Shown: positions 53,971 to 64,000 of the stretch, piece by piece
Numbering within the stretch: the first letter of the stretch is position 1
How the letters are laid out: each line of letters starts with the position of its first letter
Notes under the pieces: generated by a model
What the model was told of the DNA's origin: nothing
Databases searched by the model: none
Seen by the model: only the letters and a program-made list of their open reading frames with translations
Assembly (NCBI GenBank): GCA_964016885.1
Contig: OZ024743.1
Coordinates: 20,708,001 to 20,772,000 of the forward strand
DNA: 64,000 nucleotides
Source: Eledone cirrhosa
Taxonomy: Eukaryota
Reading direction: 5' to 3'
Made by a program: the position numbers and the translations under genes

Positions 53971-56189
53971 GATCTAAAATTTACCTTTACTCTATTTTTG
54001 GCATCTCGTTATTCAAACTGTTATCTGGTGTTACCATTTGAAGCCAACAGTTTAGAGCATTAATTCCAAAACATGTGGCTACAGACACCTAGGGGTTGAT
54101 GAAATTATGCAGGGGGTACAAAAATAATTAAAGCTCAACAGGAGGTTGATAAAATAGTAGAGATCCATGAAGTTCAGGGACCAAAAAATATTGACTTTAA
54201 ATAGTTATAATTTGAATAAGGAAATATATATAATCAGTATACATATTCATGACATGAGAAAACTGCTACAGAGCAGCTCTGCTATATCATGATGTAGCAG
54301 ATGTAGCACCATATATTTCTTTAATTTGACATCTTCTGTGTCATAATGGTACAACTGTAGTAGAGAACATTTACCTAACCTTTTCCAATCAACACACAGC
54401 CTTTTTTTGACTGAATTACAATATATTCAGTAATCAAAATCAGTATATTTCTTAGCACTCTCACTTATCAGACTTGTGGCCCCAAGTATGAGCTAACTAA
54501 CAATCTATATATTTATATAAATATGGTTTTTGTATAATGAAATCTGTGTATGCATGTTTGCACATATATACATGCAGAAATGCATGTACATGTGAATATC
54601 TTATCTTTCTATCTAGTTTTAATGAAGTATTAATGTTTTTTTTTTTAAAGAATTCCTTAGTGGTCACTTCTGTTAGTGGACTGTTTTGATAAGCCAGTAA
54701 CTTCAGCAAAGCTTTAAAGTAGACAGTCACGATGAATAATTAATGTTATATATATATGTATATAATAATAATAATAATAGTGAGTAAAATCGAAGTTGCA
54801 GCTGCGATTAGCATTTTTTTAAATCAATCTTCTAAGGCTGGCATAAAACACTCAATGGGGAGATATCGATAAATCGATAAATTATAGCTCAGAGTAATAA
54901 GAATACGTTAGGGGTGTAACACAGTGAAAATCGCAACCGGAGATATATGTGTGTGTGTGTGTGTGTACATATATATTGTACCTGACCCACCCACATGCCT
55001 ACTCCCATAGTGAGGGCAGGGCTCTTTAATTAAATCAATAGCTGATAACCTACCTAGTGCAGGTACCACAAAAGATGCACTCAGTATACTCTGTAAGGTG
55101 GTTGGTAATAAGAAAAGCATCTTGCTGTAGAAACTGTGCTAAAAAAGATCAAGAGGACTTTCCAGTGGTGTCAAAGACCTTGCAGTGCTGGTGCCATTAT
55201 GAAATATACTCTATAGATTGTGGAATCATATGGCTAGATGAAAGCCAGCAGCCTGTGTGAGCACTTGGTAGAGTGCAGCAACATGTAAATGAGATGCAGA
55301 CCCGTCACCTATCTGAGAAGTTAGTAGATCTGCTTGACTACTGACCCCTTTGCTGATCACTCATCCAGCTCTTGCTAGCAGGAAAAGATCTTAAATGATA
55401 ATGATAATGATGATAATGATGATGGTGTGTGTGTGTGTGTAACTATTTTCAGTCAATTAGTTACGATCACAGGAACATATTTCATTTTTGCTCATCTGTA
55501 TTAGTTTTTGCAATCTGGCAATTCAAATGAAATATGAACAAGAAAGGAACTATTTGCATTGGCATCATATCGTAATGTAATTATGTTATTTTGTATTTTA
55601 AGTTTATCATTGCAACTTTGAAGAGACCAGTTTATGTGTTATTATATTCATGCTATAGAGATTTTGGATTTATATTATAGATCAGTAATTTTACAGTATG
55701 TCAGTCCTGAATATAATATTAGCAATATTCATAGAAATATTTGAAATTTGGTTTTATTCCTTTGATCACTAATGAGACACTATTTATGTATTTGTTATGT
55801 GAAAAGACATTTGAAAATGTTGCAGTGAAGCCTTCAATGATGAAAGACTAAATTGGGAAGATGTATTCAGATAAGAAAAACAAAGATCTTAAACTTTTAA
55901 GACAATGAGGGAAACGTTTGGTAAATGTCCAATGTTAACATCGTTTTTCCATTCACTATCTTGTGCTGATATTGAAGATGTAATGAAGTCCCTTTACAAT
56001 AGAGCTTTTAACATAGAAAATAATTCCAAATGTATGCTGTATCTATAAACCTTTACTCAAACAGCATCTTGAGGCAAACCTCACAGTTGTGAAGTCTAAT
56101 GAAGGCTGAGGTTACTAATTTATTCAGTTATTCTCCTTTAATATTCAATCCATTTGCAATTCTTTTTTCATTTAGTCTTTCAGTGTAAT

Positions 56190-56313
56190 ATTATTTATTC
56201 TAAAGTTCATTTATAATTTTTCTAGTGTTCATTAATTATTTATTCTAAAGTTCATTTATAATTTTTCTAGTGTTCATTAATTATTTATTCTAGAGTTCAT
56301 TTATAATTTTTCT
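56190..56313. repeat. Tandem repeat, 45-bp unit x 2.7
   Basis: ttatttattctaaagttcatttataatttttctagtgttcattaa at 56191, 56236 and 56281. Confidence 0.92.
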
Positions 56314-58204
56314 GTAAGGTATTCTTCTTCCCTATCACATAACATAGTTTTAGCAGATTTTTTTTTACAATCTAATATTTGCCCAAAGAGAAGGAAACCA
56401 TATTTCAGTTACACAAAAACATTCTTCTTTTATTTAGCTTCGAAACATACATGCTATTTGTTGTTGTTTCTTAGCCTCAAGTCAGCCCTGATTTTGCAGA
56501 ACTATAAGGAAAAACATTCCATTTGAGATCATTCTCTCAATTTTCAGCTATGTATTCATTTGTTTCCCAATATGGTATGATGTAGTTTGAAGAAGATTTG
56601 GCTACTAGTTGTAGCACTTCAAGTAGCCATGCATAAGCCTGGTTTCTTCCTGCATTTACGTTTCTGCCTTTGATATTATGTATTATACATTTGCTAAATC
56701 TATTTTTAATGAAACTATATAAACTAGTATATTGGTATTGTAATATTCTTCTTAAATTACTTATACATAGTTCTTTATACAAAATATTTCCTCCAGCTCT
56801 ATCAGATAACGGAATGGAATGAACCTCTCTCAGTTTCGATATTGAGTGATTTAGTTGTTTGATCAACTGAACAGCCTGCTCATAAAATTAATGTGTATGT
56901 AGCTGAACATTCTACAGACACATACACTCTTAACATAATTCTGCGAGGTTTTGCATGTCACAGTATTTGATGGGGCTGGCACTTTGATATACATGTAAAG
57001 TCCATCTGACAAGCTTCCAAACAGTTTCTGCCTACTCAGTTTCACTCACAAGATGCTATTGTGTAAATTCAAACCTAGGACCTTATAACTCTGAAGCAAA
57101 CATTTGACTATGCTGGGCCCACATCTGATATTATTACATCCTATTCACGACTTTGATGTTATACAAACACAAACATGTATGAAGAATCCTTCGGGGAAAA
57201 GGCTTTTCCATATAATCTCATTTAAACCGAGCTGATGATCCGACTAAGGTGAAACAATCATCATTTCAATAATTTGAATGGAACAGTAAATTGCAATGGA
57301 AACCAAATATATCAAAGGTATTGTGTTTTCTTTTACAAAACAAAATAGCTAATACTGTTACTTAAAAATAATCCTACCTTTTATAAAAGTGAATATTAAA
57401 ATTACAATTATAAAATACCCAAATTCAGTGAAACCTAAATCAGCTTGATAATGATGATCAACTGGCAAGCAGTTCATGAATTAAATTTTATAAATTATAT
57501 CTAAAATAGTTTTCAGTTTTTATTTCAAATAATAATTGTTCTTTAGCTATCATTAAATTTTTAAATGAATTTGCTTTTTGAAACAATGTATTTATAAAGC
57601 GATTTATTTTCCTTAATCATCTGTATCACATTTTTTACATTTCTTATGAGTTTCACAATTTGTTTTTTCACTCAGATTCAAGTTTTTAATTATTCATTTT
57701 CATATTTTTATATTTCACTTTGCTTTTTTGTTTCAATTCTTGAAATTATTTATTCATTTCCACATGATTAGAGAAACTATTTGCTGACTCAGTTTTCCAA
57801 GTTTAGATTTTCCTGTCTATTGTCTTTTTATAGTGTAACATTAGGTGATGACCACAGCTATCAATTCAATTCTTCTACCCCAAGATTAATCTGTACATAG
57901 TCTCTTGCTCTTCCTCAATGTGTTATGTTCAATTAGTTGGCTAGTTTTCTTCTTTGTTCCTCTTATTATTAATTGCAGCATGTTGTGCAGTCAAGTTTAA
58001 CGTTCCCAGACATACATTAATAAAATATATTTTTCCTAATGATTATGAGAAATAATTATGAATTAATGTAATTGACCAATTCCATATTAATTGTATTAGT
58101 TAAAGCTTAGTACACTCCTACTAAAGTATTCAGAAAATTAACTCATTATAGTGTTAAATTTGTTCCAATATATTTGCTCTCTCTGTCATTATTATTGTGT
58201 GTAA

Positions 58205-58606
58205 GGGCGGTGGATTGGCAGTATCAGTAGAGAGTCGGACTCCGTGCTTTGACGCAAAGAGTTACAACCCTTTACAATCTGAGTTCAAATCGCGCCGAGG
58301 TTAACTTTGGCTTTCATCCTTACGGGGTCGATAAAATAAAGTACCAGTAATGTACTGGGTATTTGTGGCCTTGTGCCAAAAGTAGAAACAATTATTATTG
58401 TGTGTATAGGGGTGGTGAATTGGCAGTATCGGTAGAGGGTCTGAAGCAATGCTTTGTAGCAAAGAGTTACAGCCCTTTATGATCTGAGTTCAAATCCCGC
58501 CAAGGTTAACTTTGCCTTTCATCCTTACGGGGTAGATAAAATAAAGGACCAGTAATACACTGGGATAATTGCTGGCCTTGTGCCAAAAATAGAAACAATT
58601 ATTATT
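58205..58606 (+). mobile_element. Tandem SINE dimer with a triplicated target site
   Basis: attattattgtgtgta precedes, separates and follows the two copies. Confidence 0.92.
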
Positions 58607-58930
58607 GTGTGTATTTTTTGTCCAATCCGTCACCCCTCATACCTAAATTTGATGTATCCATCTTTCAAGCTAAAAACCATTTTGTCAGAATATAAAAGAA
58701 TCATATTTCTTTTTATGTTGTTGCTAACATTTCATGGGAAATATTTTTGTGTGATTTTCTTTTAATTGTTTCATCAACACCCATGATTCCTCTCAGAATC
58801 TCTGTGGCTGGCGGGGGGAAGGGGAGAAACTGGCCTGACCAGTGTTAAGGTGCTCATGGACAAGGTGGTGGAGTTAAATCAGATGATAAAATTCACTTGA
58901 ATAGTTATTAGTAATCTAAATCATCTTTAA

Positions 58931-59138
58931 CCCTTTAGCATTTAAACCAGCCATATCCGGCCAGAATTCTCTCACGTCATTCTGTTGAAACGAGCTGTAA
59001 CTGGTTGCTCATACTTATGTTAAGGTATTGTTCTCAAAATAAATTATATTAAAATCTCATAGATTCGATATTATGTGAGATAAAGTGTTTACCATGAAAA
59101 TATAATAGTATATATAGAGTAATGTAAATGCTAAAGGG
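58931..59138. mobile_element. piggyBac-type MITE, 208 bp; partial second copy at about 62603-62662
   Basis: TTAA|ccctttagcattta ... taaatgctaaaggg|TTAA. Confidence 0.9.
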
Positions 59139-59856
59139 TTAAAGCTGTTGTTCACCTCCCTATTACTATACTGTGTTTTGTGTAATCTCTTTATTGACTA
59201 TGTGCAAAACAACCATCTCTAATAGACACAGAAAGGAGGGATTAAATAACGCATTTATTTACAGACTTAATACAGAATCAAGTTCTTTAGTTATATAACA
59301 AATCAAAAATTAAAACTAGAATATTTATAGTATCATCTTACCGAAGCATTTATCATGTGATTGTTATATTTATATCGAATTGTTACTGGAGCCTCTATGT
59401 AAGGAATTTTTTTACAGATACTGTCTTAATGAACTACCAGTTTATATTCTCTGATAAACTATTATCTAAAAAATAGCTGCACCTGTTCCCAGGTAGATAA
59501 GTTAAGTAAATAAGATGAAAGGTAATTTGTTTGAAAAAACTTGAAATTGTTATAAATGTATCTCTTTATCCAAAATTTGGCAATTTTCTGAAATAATATT
59601 TAGTAGAAATCTCATGTGCTAGAAGTAAACTTTGGTTAGAGAAATATATAAATAAGCTAATAAAATAGGTTATTAAAAGAAATATTTTACAACTATAATC
59701 TTAAGTAAATATACTGTTCATAAGCCGATAAGATAGCCCAGTATGTGGTCGCTTGACCTGCTAGAAATAGCAGCTGAGTCGCCTTTAAATTTTGAAAACA
59801 TTCAGTTATGTATGTAGTCCTATATACCAGAGAAAAGGACAATATTCCTGACTGAA

Positions 59857-60033
59857 ATAATTGTTTCTACTTTAGGCACAAGGCCAGCATTACTGGTACT
59901 TTATTTTATCGACCCCGTAAGGATGAAAGGCAAAGTCAACCTCGGCGGGATTTGAACTCAGATCGTAAAGGGACGTAACTATGCTGGAAAGCATGGCGTC
60001 CGACTCTCTACCGATACTGCCAACCCACCGCCC
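59857..60033 (-). mobile_element. Young SINE copy with a 15-bp TSD
   Basis: cctgactgaaataat at 59847-59861 and 60032-60046. Confidence 0.93.
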
Positions 60034-60949
60034 TGACTGAAATAATGCTGACTAAATATGTTTAGTTCCTGCTGACTAAATACATTTAGGTCGGGGCTGA
60101 TCTAAGGCCAAGAAATTTCTCATTTAACTTTATGTTATCATTATTTCAGTTAAAGTTCTTGTTCAATTAGCTTTTAATCTCAATAAAAAAATTGATCTTA
60201 TGTGAATCTGTTTTGAAACTGTGTTCCAGAAGGGCCAACAGTATCATTGACATTCTATAGGGTCTGTGTTATCAAAAACACTTCACAATATACTATACTG
60301 CACTATGGTTTGCTTCTTATCAATTCTCTTCAACCTCATGTTTCAGAATATCTATAATCGTTTCTCTTAATTTTATATCAGTGTTCTATTGTATATTAAT
60401 ACAATTATCTACATGATAAATGTACTCAATAATGTAGCTGGTGACTGGAAGGACATCCTGTCTAACAAATTTGCCAAACAAAGGGTTAGGGTGACTCCTC
60501 AACTGTGTCAAATATATGAAAACCTCCTTAGTGCTGGTACCACAATAAAATGCACTTGGTAGAAATCAATCACATAGTTAAGTGAGATGTAGATCCCCGG
60601 CCCATTTGAGCACTTGAGAGTGGAAACAGATGAGTTGCATGCTTCCAGCTCATCTGAGAAGTCAGTATCTCCACTTGAGTGCTGACCTGGTCTGTAATGA
60701 CCCATCAAACCTTGCTAGAAGAGAAAATGGACGTTAAATGATGATGAAAATATCTTGAAGTAAATATTAAAATTTATGTAAGAGTGCTATAAGTTACAAT
60801 TATTACATAGATACCAACGTTTATATGGATTTATAGTTTTTAATAGGTATACATAAGAAACTAAAGGAAAAGAGAAAAGCATTTATTTAGTCTTTAGACA
60901 ATATCTGAGTAGTTTACTTAAGTCATTTATGTTTAAATGCTAAACTATC

Positions 60950-62210
60950 ATATTGGAGCTTTTGAGACTTTTATTAGAGAGACATTTATTTATCATCACA
61001 AAATTCTAGTCTCCCTCAAAGTAAAATCCTCCAACTTCACTGCATTTGTTGTAGCAGTCCAGCCCCTTCTGGAAGGCCCTCTAGTAGTCCTCCAAAGTGA
61101 AGATGTCCAGGTCACTTGTCTCAGCCTCCTTCATCTCCTCTACATACTCAAAGCGGATACTCTTGAGCTTCACATTCAGCTTCAGGAACATCCAGAATTT
61201 GCATGGGCCTCAATCTGGACTGTAGGGAGGATGAAGGACAGTCTTGATCCCCATATCAGCCACATAGTTGGTCACCAGGATGGATTTGTGGCAGGAGGCA
61301 TTGTTCTGGTGCAGGTGCCACTGACCATACTTGAATGTTCTGGTCCCTTGCAACGATATCTCTTTCTGAAATGCCTCAAAACCTCTACAAAGTACTGTTT
61401 GTTGACTGTCTGGCCATGGGGGACCCAGTGGATTTAGATGATGCCCTTGCTGTCAAAGATTGGAATCATCATGAGCTTCTCAGTATACCTGCTTTGCCTT
61501 GCCTTCCTGGGTCTTGGGGAGTCAGATTGTCTCCTCTGGGCACTCTGTCTCTTTGTTTCTGGATCATAACAGTAGACCCAGCTCTCATCACAATTTACCA
61601 GAGACTCAAAGACATTTGGATTCAAAGGAATCCACTCAACCATCTCCCTGCTGTCATCAACATGCCTCTGCCTTTGATCTTCATTGAGCACCCTAGAAAC
61701 AAACTTTGTGCATGTTCAGATCATCTTGAATGATTCTGTCCACAGTGCCTTCAGCCAAATCAAATTGTTTAGCAATCATTTGAAGAGATGCAAGACGGTC
61801 CTCATCCAGAAATTTGTGAATTTTGTTGACCAACTTTAACATCCTGATGTCCCTCTCCCTGCCACACCTCTCGTTGTTCTTCACCTACTCCCTGCTCACC
61901 TGAAACCACTTGTTTCGTTAGTCTGTAAACAGTTTTGACCATTTCATAGGTTTTTGCAGCATTTTTTACCGAGCTTGACGCAAAACCTTATTGTCCTCAC
62001 ATCCCGAATGCATTGTGGAACCAATCAGCTGTAACAAGACATGTATGACAGGTAGTGTTTAAAGTGCTGTAACAGCCCAAACCTTTAGCCTGGAAAAAAA
62101 GATTTGGCATGTTAACTTATGATCATATCAAGGATGTATTAGAGCGACAGTTACATATATCATTTATAAGTGCCTGAAAAGAAAAAAGTCTCAAAACATC
62201 TTGAGTGTAC
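60950..62210 (-). mobile_element. Decayed mariner transposon
   Basis: TVDRIIQDDLNMHKVC, NCDESWVYCYDPETKRQS, KLMMIPIFDSKGII, PPYSPD; TIR remnant tttgagactttt / aaaagtctcaaa. Confidence 0.9.
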
Positions 62211-63401
62211 TTCAGGTTTGCAGAGTAAGGGAAGATTTCAACAAGATTTCTTGTTATAAATAGGATCTCACTTCAATTCCATAAAACAATCTATATGTAG
62301 AGTGTGCAGAGGTTTATACATCTGTCTAAAAGTTACAAAATTTGTCTTGGATCTGTGTCCCCTTTCTCAATGAATTTTCTCCAAATTTTGCACAGAAATC
62401 CAACTATATAACAAAATAATCCTTGCTAAAAATATGTAGGTCCTATGTGACTCTCAGAGTAAAATGAAAGATTCAAGAAAGGAGACTGAAAGTTGTACAG
62501 GTGCAGGAGAAAAAAGAAAGGCAGACTGTTGAATAGGAGTGTTCTAAAATATGATATTGTATATCAAACTGTGATTTACATCTTACTTAATTCTCTCTTT
62601 AACTCTTTAGCATTTAAACTGGCCATATCTGACCAGAATTCTCTCACCTCTTTCTGTTCAAACCATCTTTTGAGCAATCTACTTTCAGACCATGATAACC
62701 CATCCAAACCATGTCAGCATGGCAAGTGATAGTAAGGTTGTGATGATGATGAAATTGCAAACTTGTGTATATGTGTGTCACTGGTAGTAAAAGTATATGC
62801 TTGTTAATCAGTAAGTTAAAAAAAAAAAATCTAAATTTAACAAAAATAAAAGGGAAAAAATGTTCTCTACATATTCAGCATCTTGGCAATGCCAGATAAT
62901 ACTACTAGTCTTTTATATTTGATGCATAATTTGAATATCATTCATGTCAATAGACTTCATCTTACCATTCCTCTTTATTGGATTTCCTCTTAGTTTTTGC
63001 TTTTCAATTTAGTTACGTCATGCTTATCACTTAACTTAAAACCAACAAATGTAGAAATATTGTTCCTGCATTTTTATCTTTGGGTTTTCGGCTCCATACC
63101 TATCATGTGACTGCATTTTTGAAGCAAGGGAATTCAGGATAAATGCAATTGAAGTAAAATAAAAAACTAAAAAAAAACTTCAATGAGGAATACTTTAAAA
63201 AGGGAATGCATAATAACTGAAAGAAGAGACATAATGGCAGAACATTTTATTACAAGAGACATTAGATTTATTTTCAGAAGAAGAAAGGATTTATTCTTGG
63301 AAGGAGAAAACCAAAGATTAAAGCTTGGGAAAAAAGCAAAAATTACAATATTTTACAATAATCTATTGAATAGAAGAGAAATTATCAAGTGAATAGGGTA
63401 T

Positions 63402-63590
63402 AGGGCAGTGAATTGGCAGTATCGGTAGAGGGTCGGACACCAACCATAGAGTTATGGCCCTTGCCATTCTGAGTTCAAATCCCACCGAGGTTAACTTTGC
63501 CTTTCATCCTTACGGGGTCGATAAAATAAGGTACCAGTAATACACTGGGATAATTGCTGGCCTTGTGCCAAAAGTAGAAACAATTATTAT
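63402..63590 (+). mobile_element. SINE copy
   Basis: Near full-length consensus match with an attatt tail. Confidence 0.9.
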
Positions 63591-64000
63591 AATACAAACT
63601 CAAAGATGTTGAGTTCAAATTTGCTTCAGGCATTTTAGCATATATTTAAATTTTTGTATGCCTCAGACCACCCAGCTGTTTGATATAAGTACCAGTAGAT
63701 TCTTGTTGCCTATGAACAACTGCCTGCATCAGTTGTTAGCTGCCGAGACACTGCATCCTTTAAAACCCTCATGCTTCCCGAAATTCGCCAAAACTACACC
63801 TGATGTTCCCCTTCCATACACATGCACACATGTGTATATCATGACTCAAGCACTGTTCATTTTCCTGACATTTGTACATTACCCTATGTACTATACATAC
63901 ACTTTATATTTTCATTATTATTATCATTATCATTATATACCAATCATATCAAAAGGAAGATTTATTTCTTACCTGTTTCATGCTATAATACTTTCTGTTT

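Noticed and set aside
57225-57265. Hammerhead-like ctgatga-tcc-gactaa-ggt-gaaa
   Set aside because: No stem I pairing or clear cleavage triplet; at best a dead relic.
60937-61733. 166-aa and 132-aa plus-strand ORFs as further exons
   Set aside because: Antisense to the mariner transposase relic.

Overview
AT-rich, repeat-dense animal genomic DNA. The repeat content (a tRNA-headed SINE family, RTE LINEs with (GAT)n tails, mariner, piggyBac, pogo, hAT and Helitron relics, many (TA)n/(CA)n/(CT)n microsatellites) suggests a coleoid cephalopod such as Octopus; this is inference. The window appears to lie wholly inside one large + strand gene. Three phase-compatible coding exons (19854-19994, 49679-49950, 50742-51275) splice across a 29.7 kb and a 0.8 kb intron into about 315 aa. 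The peptide resembles a glycine-betaine-binding (OpuAC/ProX-like, type II periplasmic-binding) domain followed by the first strand of a Venus-flytrap/ANF-receptor domain. This suggests the ectodomain of a Venus kinase receptor or another VFT receptor; the start and C-terminus were not found here. The introns hold decayed transposons, a young SINE family that inserts repeatedly into its own (ATT)n tails, and several long palindromes. Some palindromes carry Penelope-type minimal hammerhead ribozyme motifs, including one structurally complete copy on the host sense strand about 1 kb downstream of an exon. All coordinates were read by eye; repeat boundaries are approximate unless TSDs are quoted.
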